A stretch of DNA of 64,000 nucleotides from a virus. The stretch lies in IMG/VR virus record IMGVR_UViG_3300021376_000041, positions 6,914 through 70,913 of that record. One strand, 5' to 3'. The position numbers and the translations under genes are program-made. Of the stretch, positions 8,987 through 17,278 are shown one piece after another. The notes under the pieces are model-generated. The model saw nothing but the letters and a program-made list of their open reading frames with translations, searched no databases and was not told the origin of the DNA. The stretch's first letter is position 1. Every line of letters starts with the position of its first letter.

Positions 8987-9274
8987 TTTAATATTAGGTA
9001 GTAGGCTTAACAGTAGTCAACTTTAATGAGTGAAACAAAATCCTATGTATTCTAATTGTAAGTCCGTTAACAGCGGGAGAATAAGCGAAAGCGCCGTTCA
9101 CAGCACTATAAGTAACCCCGAAGTTAATTATGGTGATCAGGCTAACCTCAATACAATATTTATTAGAGAAGTTGCATAGGTTGGGGAATAGGAAAACAAA
9201 GTGTAGTCCTGAAAGACTACGAAGTATATTTTAAATCTTTGGTTCTTTGGTGTAATAACACGCCTATTATTAAA
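8987..9274 (+). ncRNA. structured ncRNA with 23S rRNA GTPase-associated-centre (H43/H44) mimic ends
   Basis: ORF-free gap; terminal stem TTTAATATTAGG/CCTATTATTAAA; GTAGGCTTAACAGTAGTCAAC (H43-like) and GTGTAATAAC (H44-like); nested stems and GAAA-type hairpins. Confidence 0.75.
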
Positions 9275-9281
9275 TGTTCTT

Positions 9282-9557
9282 ATGGCAAAAAAAACTAAAA
9301 TATCACATTGGAATTATAGGGTTTTTAAAAATAGTAATTATGCTGGTGAAGACCAGTATGGTATTATAGAAGTATATTATGATAATAAAGGTAAACCATC
9401 CGGTTATACTGATTATCATGTACCTTGGGGAGAAAATATTAAAGATTTAAAATGGGAATTATCGTCCATGTTGAAAGCATGCAGAGAGCCAATATTAACT
9501 GAAGAAGATTTCTTAAAAAAGAGAAAAAAGAATGTCAAATCAAAAATGGAAAAATGA
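9282..9557 (+). CDS. conserved phage hypothetical protein
   Basis: WNYRV...YGIIEVYYD..G.P motif common in phages. Confidence 0.75.
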   Translation: MAKKTKISHWNYRVFKNSNYAGEDQYGIIEVYYDNKGKPSGYTDYHVPWGENIKDLKWELSSMLKACREPILTEEDFLKKRKKNVKSKMEK

Positions 9558-9765
9558 AAAATCTTTTTCTTCTTTTGAAGAAGCGCTTCAATATAAAACT
9601 CTCTTGCTTAACTCGCCAGAAGGTGCTACATTAGAAGTTAAAATTAAATGTTACGAAGAATCTTGCTATATTGTAAGAACAAGAACTCATCCTGAACTAG
9701 AACATATTATACAACAATTAGATGAACAAATAGCTTTAAGTAAAAACAAAAATAAGAAAGGGTAA
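9532..9765 (+). CDS. hypothetical protein
   Basis: 77 aa ORF coupled to neighbours. Confidence 0.6.
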   Translation: MSNQKWKNEKSFSSFEEALQYKTLLLNSPEGATLEVKIKCYEESCYIVRTRTHPELEHIIQQLDEQIALSKNKNKKG

Positions 9766-9768
9766 AAT

Positions 9769-10386
9769 ATGAGATTTATTAAACGTCTGGAAGAAGTTGC
9801 TAAAGAGGAAACAAAAAAACGCAAAACGCACGATAGAGAAGAGCGCGATCTAGACGTTGAAGCAGACGATAATCATATTTACTTTTATACTGATGTTACA
9901 AAAGAGAGTGTATTAAATCTTAATAAAAATATTTCAAAAATAGAAGCTGATATGTTGCATGCCGCTAATGTTTTACGTATAGACACACCAGAAATATTTA
10001 TGCATATTAATAGCCCCGGTGGAAGTTTATTTGACGGTTTAGCATCGGTTGACTATGTAAGACGTTGCAAGGCTCCTATACATTCTGTTATAGAAGGTAC
10101 CGCTGCATCAGCAGCAACACTTATTTCTGTTATGGCTCATAAACGCTCAATTAATAAACATTCTTATATGTTGATCCATCAACTATCTTCTGGTTTAATA
10201 GGAAAATATGAAGAATTAGTAGATGACATGGAAAATAATAAAGCGCTGATGAAAGCAATTAAGCAAATTTATCTGGAACGAACAAAGATTCCAGAAAACC
10301 TGTTGAAAGATATTCTTAAAAAAGATATCTATTTTGATGCAAAGCAGTGCTTGAAGTACGGATTAGTAGACCAAATTCTAGAATAA
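9769..10386 (+). CDS. clpP: ClpP-like peptidase (S14)
   Basis: INSPGG, GTAASAAT (catalytic Ser), MLIHQ (His), KDIYF (Asp), YGLVDQI. Confidence 0.88.
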   Translation: MRFIKRLEEVAKEETKKRKTHDREERDLDVEADDNHIYFYTDVTKESVLNLNKNISKIEADMLHAANVLRIDTPEIFMHINSPGGSLFDGLASVDYVRRCKAPIHSVIEGTAASAATLISVMAHKRSINKHSYMLIHQLSSGLIGKYEELVDDMENNKALMKAIKQIYLERTKIPENLLKDILKKDIYFDAKQCLKYGLVDQILE

Positions 10387-10397
10387 AGGAAAATAAT

Positions 10398-10700
10398 ATG
10401 AAGACACTCGTAATGACAGCAGTAGCAGCAGCTATGTTTGTAGGTTGCACCAGCAAGACCTCCGCACCAGCAGCAGGTACAACTACTACAACCACTCCAG
10501 TAGTAGAAGTATCAGCACCAGCAGTAACAACTCAAACATCCCCTACTGTAGCCGCTCCAGTTGCCCCACAAACCGCTGTAGTGGCCCCATCCGTAGATGG
10601 AAGCATCTCTGCCGCATCAGCGACAGGTAGCGCCTCTGGAAGCTCTACAACAGCTGCTACTGGCGCAGCAGTAGTACCAGCAACAGCAGATAATAAGTAA
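10398..10700 (+). CDS. Ala/Thr/Ser/Pro-rich lipoprotein
   Basis: AAGGA RBS then MKTLVMTAVAAAMFVG-C lipobox; low-complexity mature part. Confidence 0.8.
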   Translation: MKTLVMTAVAAAMFVGCTSKTSAPAAGTTTTTTPVVEVSAPAVTTQTSPTVAAPVAPQTAVVAPSVDGSISAASATGSASGSSTTAATGAAVVPATADNK

Positions 10701-10708
10701 TATAATAT

Positions 10709-10774
10709 TCCCGCAGGTGACGGCATGGGGAGTTCGTTTTTTAATGAACAAATAGATGTCGTCTTTTATTTTTT
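10709..10774 (+). terminator. structured intergenic element / terminator
   Basis: GACGGCAT (10719-26) pairs with ATGTCGTC (10756-63), enclosing a GTTCGTT/AATGAAC hairpin, followed by a long T-tract. Confidence 0.5.
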
Positions 10775-10799
10775 AATACTATTTATTGTAATTAAATTT

Positions 10800-10991
10800 A
10801 TGAAAAAAAATAATAACAGCAGCACTTTATGGTTAAGAATTCTTGTAATAATAAACACACTTGCTGTTGCTAGTTATATTTTTTATGGTGAATGGCAAAA
10901 AAAACAACCACGGATGGTAAAACATGTTTGCCAAACCGTGGCTGCTGATCAAGAAAAAGGTTTGATCGCCCTTACCTGCCTAGAAGATTAA
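10800..10991 (+). CDS. small single-TM membrane protein with two Cys
   Basis: ATG 10800 follows the ACTATTTAT motif; N-terminal TM helix. Confidence 0.6.
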   Translation: MKKNNNSSTLWLRILVIINTLAVASYIFYGEWQKKQPRMVKHVCQTVAADQEKGLIALTCLED

Positions 10992-11812
10992 GCGTTTTCT
11001 AGTTGCCACAATCCCTCTGCAAGTGCCAATAATGTTTTAGCATTCTCTAGGCTAACACATATTGATATATGTTCATAATGAACAGTACGTTTGCTTAATA
11101 AGCCTATTACTTTACCTTTGTAAAAAATACCTGAACCGCTATGACCCGGAGCAGAAGGTAAAGTTATAATCTCTTCTCCACTTTCTTCTTCAATCCCCAT
11201 ATACCTACCATCAGTTACGATGAAGATGTTTTTTGGATGATAACCAAGAGCAGCACCAGATATTAATACACTAGCTCCAACTGGTGGAGTGCTATCAGCT
11301 AATTCTGCTGTTTCTCCTGCTATACAAGCACTTTTAATAACTGACAAATCTTTTTTTCCATCGCCAGCCATTGGATATGCTGCACATTTTTCACCATCCA
11401 ATCTTTCAACCATCATTTCTATTGTATCTATTTTAAAGAAATAAAAACCACTTTCATCAAATTCTAATGTTACTTTTTCTGGATGTGTTACATGGGCAAC
11501 ACTTAATATCAAACTTTGTTTTTTGTTGTAGTTATTTCTGACAACCACACCAGAACCTGTCCAGCTTTTGCTTTCACTTTTTTCTTTTGTTTCTGGTGGA
11601 ACTGAAGCATTAACACCCAATAAACTAGCTAAATTGATTCTATGACCAGAGATTTTAGTATATATTTTAACTGTGCTGCTCATTGCTTCACGGGCATCAT
11701 AACCTTCTTCTTTAAAAATTCCGCAACGTTTAAAGCAACCACTCATCATTACTAACATCATTGTTGCTGCTATTAATTTGTGTTTAATCCATGTATTATT
11801 TCCTTTCATCAC
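10988..11812 (-). CDS. trypsin-like serine protease, probable lipoprotein
   Basis: WTGSGVVV, SVAHV (His), KDL (Asp), PGHSGSG (Ser); signal ...MMSG-C; GGAG RBS; the only credible minus-strand gene. Confidence 0.88.
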   Translation of the reverse strand: MMKGNNTWIKHKLIAATMMLVMMSGCFKRCGIFKEEGYDAREAMSSTVKIYTKISGHRINLASLLGVNASVPPETKEKSESKSWTGSGVVVRNNYNKKQSLILSVAHVTHPEKVTLEFDESGFYFFKIDTIEMMVERLDGEKCAAYPMAGDGKKDLSVIKSACIAGETAELADSTPPVGASVLISGAALGYHPKNIFIVTDGRYMGIEEESGEEIITLPSAPGHSGSGIFYKGKVIGLLSKRTVHYEHISICVSLENAKTLLALAEGLWQLENA

Positions 11813-11966
11813 GCACTCTCCTCCCTATAAAAGTAGGGCTGACCTATTATTAACTAGTGATAAAAAAATTATTCGGCATTTTGCTACTTTTTAACTATTT
11901 ATTAGTTTTACCTAAAAACGTTTACAGCACTATTTATTTATGTAATACTAGTTTTGGGAGAATTAT

Positions 11967-12185
11967 ATGAATAATAACTTTATAGGCACACTTAAAGTTT
12001 TAGAGGTAAAGGATAACCCGGATGGCAGTGCTACTATTGAATTTGATATAAGTGATGAATTTAAAGATAATTTAATTAAACATATGGGATGGGAAGAGTG
12101 GTCTGACGAATTATTCCAAAAATTTGTGTTAGAGGCTCTAGAAAAAGCCGTTAAGAACAGACCTGTTGACAGAATAGAAGACTAG
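11967..12185 (+). CDS. hypothetical protein
   Basis: 72 aa; GGGAG RBS; NPDGSATIEFD motif. Confidence 0.7.
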   Translation: MNNNFIGTLKVLEVKDNPDGSATIEFDISDEFKDNLIKHMGWEEWSDELFQKFVLEALEKAVKNRPVDRIED

Positions 12186-12194
12186 AAGTACTAT
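12166..12194 (+). promoter_or_regulatory. sigma70-type promoter for the SpoU methylase gene
   Basis: TTGACA-17 bp-TACTAT. Confidence 0.65.
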
Positions 12195-12203
12195 CTTCTT
12201 ACT

Positions 12204-12773
12204 ATGCAAACAAACACCACCAACAACTCTAATGATACTAGGAACATTGCTGATCGCTATAAGTTTGATCGTCTGGTTAAATGGACCACGGAAATGATTA
12301 AAACCGATCTCCAGCAAAAGGCTTTTCCTTTTGCTGTGATGATGGAAAATCTTGTTGGAGATTTTAATCTTTCTTCTGTTCTTCGTTCCTGTAACGCAAT
12401 GAATGGTCGTGAAATGTTCTATCTTGGTCGTAAGCAATATGATCGCCGTGGAACAGTTGGCACACATCATTATACAGATATTATTAATCTAAAGGATCGT
12501 GAAGAGCTAATAAAACTTAAGGATCGTTATACTTTTGTCGCTTTGGAAAATAGCGTTCCACAAGCAGAAAGTATGTATAATTTTGTATGGCCTGATAATC
12601 CGCTAATTATTATTGGAGAAGAGGGTATTGGGATTACTCAAGAAACTTTATCCCTGTGTGATAGGTTTGTTTATATTCCACAATATGGCAGCGTCAGAAG
12701 TATGAATGCAGCAGTTGCTGGTTCAATTGCAATGAATGATTTCTTAATGAAATATCATAAAAACAATGCATAA
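12204..12773 (+). CDS. SpoU/TrmH-family (SPOUT) RNA methyltransferase
   Basis: N.SSVLRSCNAM, IIIGEEGIGI, IPQYGSVRSMNAAVAGSI SPOUT motifs. Confidence 0.92.
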   Translation: MQTNTTNNSNDTRNIADRYKFDRLVKWTTEMIKTDLQQKAFPFAVMMENLVGDFNLSSVLRSCNAMNGREMFYLGRKQYDRRGTVGTHHYTDIINLKDREELIKLKDRYTFVALENSVPQAESMYNFVWPDNPLIIIGEEGIGITQETLSLCDRFVYIPQYGSVRSMNAAVAGSIAMNDFLMKYHKNNA

Positions 12774-12791
12774 AATACTATTTATACTGTT

Positions 12792-14213
12792 ATGATTAGA
12801 ATAAAAATATTAAATGAATCAAAACAGTTATTAAATGAAGTTTCTTTTGAAGATGCTAAGAAAACTCTTGATGGTAGTAAATTTGTTAAGAGATTAAAAG
12901 CACTATCCAATATAATTGGACCATTGACAGGTTTAGAAATTTTTAAAAACAATCCTGAACATGAAAATTTTATACTTTATATAAAAAGAGACATTGAAGA
13001 TACTATTCCATATGACATTCCAGATAACAGTAAAGGATTGGCATTATTGTGGTTAAAACAAAAATTAATAGAAGATCCAAAAGGATATTTTAAACATCAA
13101 CAAGCCGATACTAGAAACGCAATTGAAAGATTTTTTCAATATAACGGCTCTCAGCAAATGCCTAACTTTATTAATCCTGTAGAAAAAAAGGATCTTAATA
13201 AAGTAGAATCTCTTGATGAATTGCAAAAGTTAGTAAAAGAGGCGACTCCATTATATAATAAATATCAAGAAGAAAGACAGAATAAAGATGTCGAATCAGG
13301 AACAGAAAAAATATACGATGGTCCTGAATGGACTATATTAGCAGCACACAATAAGGGTGCAGCGTGTGAATTAGGTAAAGGCACAAGCTGGTGTACCGCT
13401 GCGCCCGGTCTTCATTATTTTAATGAATATTATCAAGAAGGTAGTCCATTATTTATCTTTATTAGTAAAGAAAACCCTATTGAGAAATATCAATTCAGTT
13501 ACTCTTCTCAACAGTTTATGGACAAAGAAGATCGTTCTATATATAAAGAAGATATATTTTATAAATTAAATAAGCTTTTGATTAGTACCCCCGGAATTAA
13601 AGAAAAATATCCTATTTTAAAAGACTTTATATATCATAAAGTGGGCGATAGGATGGTGCAGATTAAAAAAACCAATGATGTTACATATTACATGGTAAAC
13701 AAAAGAACTATAATGACTAAAGATAGTGAAGGACTTATTAATCATTTTGACTATGACAATCAACTTCATAGAGAAAACGGTCCAGCTGTTTATAATAAAT
13801 ATGAATATCAAAAAGATCCTGAAAACGCACCCCAAACTTGGGCAAAGCATGGGAGTACCTTTAGAATCGATGGTCCAGCAGAAATAGATAAAGAAGGTTA
13901 TAAATATTGGTTAATATATGGTAAATATATAAATATAGATCCAAAATATAAATACGGTGGTCCATCAATAATTACGCCAGACGGTAAACAAATATGGCGT
14001 ATCGGAGTTGAGCGGTTTACTAACGAACAAGATTTCATTAAGTATATTGAAGATTTTATAAAAAATGAAGACAAGTTAGATGAATATGAAACTTATCCAA
14101 TAAAAAATTATTTACAGAAACTTAATGATTATAGGCAAGAATATTTAAAATCTAATTCTAAAAAATTAAAAGAAAATAAGAAATTTGTTATAAGAATTCT
14201 AAGGAATACATAA
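12792..14213 (+). CDS. large-phage protein with WCT motif domain and HRxDGPA repeats
   Basis: LGKGTSWCTAAPG...KYQF...QFMD; LHRENGPAV / FRIDGPAEI / KYGGPSII repeats; late motif upstream. Confidence 0.65.
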   Translation: MIRIKILNESKQLLNEVSFEDAKKTLDGSKFVKRLKALSNIIGPLTGLEIFKNNPEHENFILYIKRDIEDTIPYDIPDNSKGLALLWLKQKLIEDPKGYFKHQQADTRNAIERFFQYNGSQQMPNFINPVEKKDLNKVESLDELQKLVKEATPLYNKYQEERQNKDVESGTEKIYDGPEWTILAAHNKGAACELGKGTSWCTAAPGLHYFNEYYQEGSPLFIFISKENPIEKYQFSYSSQQFMDKEDRSIYKEDIFYKLNKLLISTPGIKEKYPILKDFIYHKVGDRMVQIKKTNDVTYYMVNKRTIMTKDSEGLINHFDYDNQLHRENGPAVYNKYEYQKDPENAPQTWAKHGSTFRIDGPAEIDKEGYKYWLIYGKYINIDPKYKYGGPSIITPDGKQIWRIGVERFTNEQDFIKYIEDFIKNEDKLDEYETYPIKNYLQKLNDYRQEYLKSNSKKLKENKKFVIRILRNT

Positions 14214-15526
14214 TGTCAAAAAAAACCTATATTCTAGATACGAATGTGTTGTTGAGCGATGCAGAAGCGATTAACTCGTATAAGAATAATGACGTTGGGA
14301 TACCCTTAAAGGTATTAGAAGAAGTAGATAAGCATAAGAAGCGTCAAGATGGTGTTGGCGCTAACGCTAGACAGTTTATACGTCTATTAGACGCGCTTCG
14401 TGAAAAGGGCGACATAGTTGAGGGTATTAAACTTGGAAAGGGTAGAGGCTCCATTAGGACGCTTAAATGCGATTTAAGCCTGTTGCCAGATGCTTATGAT
14501 AGGCAACATCCCGATAATCAAATACTTGCTTGTGCATTAACAGAGATTAAAGAAGTTGGTGACAACAAAAATATCATTCTTGTCTCTCAAGATATTAACA
14601 TGAGAGTTAAGTGCGACTCTGTTGGTGTTAAAACAGATGATTATATTCCTAATCAAATAGTAGAAAGGGCAGAAGAAGTATTTACTGGCTTCACACAATA
14701 TCTTGTAGATGATGCTCTTATAGATCGTTTCTATGCTGGTGAAAAGATTATGCTAGAGCAAAAGGATATTAAGTTATATCCTAACCAGTTTGTTATGTTA
14801 GTATCAAACGCTAATGACAAAAAAACAGCTTTAGCAAGATTTAAAGCATACAATCATCCACTAAGCAAGACAAAAGAATATAAAAATGGCGTTTGGGGTA
14901 TACATGCCAAGAATAAAGAGCAGCAATTTGCCCTTGAATTATTAATGGACCCAGATGTAAAGATTGTTTCTATCATTGGTCGTGCTGGTGGAGGTAAAAC
15001 TCTTAATGCTTTGGCAGCTGGTCTTCAACAAATTCTTGATGATAAAGTATATAAGAAACTAATTGTTTCCCGACCAGTACAGCCAATGGGTAAAGATATC
15101 GGCTATCTTCCCGGTACTCTAGAAGAAAAGATGTCCCCTTGGTTAGCACCTGTACAAGATAATTTAGAGTTCCTTATGGGTGACGATAAAGCACATTTAC
15201 AGATGCTAATGGAAGCTGGTACTATTGAAATGGAAGCCCTCACATACATTCGTGGTCGTTCCATCGCTAATGCATTTATTATTATTGATGAATCACAAAA
15301 CTTAACATCCCATGAATTAAAGACTATTATTACTCGCGTTGGCGAAGGAACAAAGATTATATTAACAGGAGATATCGAACAGATAGACAATGCTTATGTA
15401 GATGCAACAACTAACGGTCTTACATACGCTGTTGAAAAATTAAAAGACTATGAAATTTCTGGTCATATTACCTTGAAAAAAGGTGAAAGATCTGCTGTCG
15501 CAAGCCTCGCCGCATCAGTATTATAG
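14213..15526 (+). CDS. phoH: PIN-domain PhoH-family ATPase (PhoH2/YlaK-like)
   Basis: N-terminal ILDTNVLL PIN domain; GRAGGGKT Walker A, GYLPG, YIRGRS, DESQN, GDIEQID. Confidence 0.95.
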   Translation: MSKKTYILDTNVLLSDAEAINSYKNNDVGIPLKVLEEVDKHKKRQDGVGANARQFIRLLDALREKGDIVEGIKLGKGRGSIRTLKCDLSLLPDAYDRQHPDNQILACALTEIKEVGDNKNIILVSQDINMRVKCDSVGVKTDDYIPNQIVERAEEVFTGFTQYLVDDALIDRFYAGEKIMLEQKDIKLYPNQFVMLVSNANDKKTALARFKAYNHPLSKTKEYKNGVWGIHAKNKEQQFALELLMDPDVKIVSIIGRAGGGKTLNALAAGLQQILDDKVYKKLIVSRPVQPMGKDIGYLPGTLEEKMSPWLAPVQDNLEFLMGDDKAHLQMLMEAGTIEMEALTYIRGRSIANAFIIIDESQNLTSHELKTIITRVGEGTKIILTGDIEQIDNAYVDATTNGLTYAVEKLKDYEISGHITLKKGERSAVASLAASVL

Positions 15527-15536
15527 AAAGAAAAAT

Positions 15537-15794
15537 ATGGAAATCATTAATCAAGATATTTTAAAACCAGTAGAAAAAATTAATCCCATGAAAGAATGGC
15601 TTGTAGATTATGTCGGCAACAAACTACAACCAGCTAATAACGAAGTTACAGTAGCAATGCTAGTAGAAGCAATGGCAGAAGAATTCCCAGAATTTGTTAT
15701 GGCAGTTGCAGAAGAAAACTTTATTCGTGGTTATCAACAAGCATTCAAAGATTTAGAAGCAAATGGTGAAATAACTCCAACAAAAAATGAGTAG
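15537..15794 (+). CDS. conserved hypothetical protein
   Basis: ATG 15537 (MEIINQ...); EFPEFVMAVAEENFIRGYQQA. Confidence 0.7.
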   Translation: MEIINQDILKPVEKINPMKEWLVDYVGNKLQPANNEVTVAMLVEAMAEEFPEFVMAVAEENFIRGYQQAFKDLEANGEITPTKNE

Positions 15795-16467
15795 TGTAAA
15801 TTATATAAAAAAATCTTCTGCTAAGAATGCTGCTCAAGTAAGAGAATATAGCTTATTTGGCAGCATTCTTGTTATTGTTGCTAACCCACTTCCTGAAGAA
15901 ATTAATTTAAAAAGTGTTTTAAAACGTATAGAAAAAAATATACCAAAACATTTATTTATTAATTTAGATATCATTTATTTTGGTGATTTTAAAGAATTAA
16001 AAGCTCGACAAGTTTCTTCTGCTTATATGGACGGAGGAATATATTTAACCAATCAACAAGTATCTGATGAAGAAATATATAATTCAATTGTACATGAGTT
16101 GGCACATAGTATAGAAAAAAACTTTGAAAATGATTTATACGGAGATGATAAAGTATTAGAAGAGTTTTTAAATAAACGTAAAAAATTAAAAAGCATTTTA
16201 GAATCTAATGGTCTTTATTGTGCTGATTCTCTATATTTAAGACCAGAATTTACAAGAGATTTTGATGATTTTCTGTTTAAAAAAGTTGGCTACGATAAAT
16301 TAACATTATTAATTTCAAATCTGTTTATTTCTCCCTATTCGCCAACATCATTAAGAGAATATTTTGCTTCTGGATTTGAGTATTATTATTGCGGAGACAA
16401 TCCAGAATATATATCTCAAATATCTCCAAAGCTTTATAAAAAAATTATTTACTTGACAAAGAAGTAA
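15787..16467 (+). CDS. HEXXH zinc metallopeptidase-like protein
   Basis: IVHELAHSIE plus downstream SLREYFASGFE third-ligand motif. Confidence 0.7.
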   Translation: MSSVNYIKKSSAKNAAQVREYSLFGSILVIVANPLPEEINLKSVLKRIEKNIPKHLFINLDIIYFGDFKELKARQVSSAYMDGGIYLTNQQVSDEEIYNSIVHELAHSIEKNFENDLYGDDKVLEEFLNKRKKLKSILESNGLYCADSLYLRPEFTRDFDDFLFKKVGYDKLTLLISNLFISPYSPTSLREYFASGFEYYYCGDNPEYISQISPKLYKKIIYLTKK

Positions 16468-16481
16468 ATTAGACTTATAAT
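16453..16481 (+). promoter_or_regulatory. consensus sigma70 promoter upstream of the nuclease and glycan cluster
   Basis: TTGACA-17 bp-TATAAT, perfect match. Confidence 0.85.
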
Positions 16482-16504
16482 ACTCGCTAGAAAGTGAGTA
16501 CTAC

Positions 16505-17278
16505 ATGTCTAATCATATATCTTTTTCTGCTTTAAAGCTTTGGAATGACTGCCCTTTTAAATATAAATTAACATACATTGATAATGTTCAAAAGTTTCGT
16601 GGTAGCGAATATACAATCTTTGGTACTTCGCTGCATGAAGCTTGTGAAAAAAAGCTTCTAGACAATAATATTAATGAAGTAGAATATTTTTTAAATAAGT
16701 TTGATGAAGAGCTAAAAAATATTCCTTCTGATGTTCAACTAGATCCCAATCTTTTAACTGAAATGAAAGAGCAAGGTAAGACACTTGCATCTATGGCATT
16801 GCCTGCCCTTAAAGAAAAGTTTGGTAATTTTAAAGTCTTAGCAGCAGAAGAGGACATCTTTGAAACCATTAAAAAAATTCCTGAATTGAATTATAATTTT
16901 AAAGGTTATATTGATTTAATTATTCAAACAGAAGATAATAAGATACATATCTTAGATTGGAAAACATGTGCTTGGGGTTGGGATGCTAAAAAGAAAAGTG
17001 ATCCAATGATTACTTACCAGTTAACTTTTTATAAATATTTCTATTCTCAAAAGCATAATATAGATCCAAAAAATATTGAAACATATTTTGCGCTTCTTAA
17101 GAGAACTGCTAAGAAAGACAATGTAGAAATTTTCCGCGTAACAAGCGGAGACAAAAAAACAGAAAATGCATTTAACTTATTAACAAAAGCACTTTATAGT
17201 ATTAATAAAGGTTTTTTTCCAAAGAACCGTCTTGCTTGCAAATATTGCGAGTATAATAAAACAAAGGATTGTCCCTAG
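16505..17278 (+). CDS. PD-(D/E)xK (RecB/Cas4-like) exonuclease with Fe-S cysteines
   Basis: SFS...CP, GTSLH, GYIDL, ILDWKT, QLTFY, C-terminal CKYC...CP. Confidence 0.88.
   Translation: MSNHISFSALKLWNDCPFKYKLTYIDNVQKFRGSEYTIFGTSLHEACEKKLLDNNINEVEYFLNKFDEELKNIPSDVQLDPNLLTEMKEQGKTLASMALPALKEKFGNFKVLAAEEDIFETIKKIPELNYNFKGYIDLIIQTEDNKIHILDWKTCAWGWDAKKKSDPMITYQLTFYKYFYSQKHNIDPKNIETYFALLKRTAKKDNVEIFRVTSGDKKTENAFNLLTKALYSINKGFFPKNRLACKYCEYNKTKDCP

Noticed and set aside
8987-9274. tmRNA, RNase P RNA, tRNA, group I intron or a true rRNA gene fragment
   Set aside because: No GGGG...CCACCA tRNA-like ends, no RNase P GAGGAAAGUCC core, no cloverleaf and no group I P/Q/R/S set; rRNA similarity is limited to H43/H44 and is split by a large insert
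10725-10799. N-terminal extension of the 88-aa ORF
   Set aside because: Runs through a structured element, T-tract and promoter motif; ATG 10800 is the better start
10398-10991. Spanin pair (lipoprotein plus TM protein)
   Set aside because: Gene order is reversed, the genes are separated by a terminator-like element, and the TM protein has no coiled coil; not supportable
16505-17278. CRISPR-Cas system (Cas4-like gene)
   Set aside because: No repeat-spacer array or other cas genes seen; stand-alone Cas4-like nucleases are common in phages
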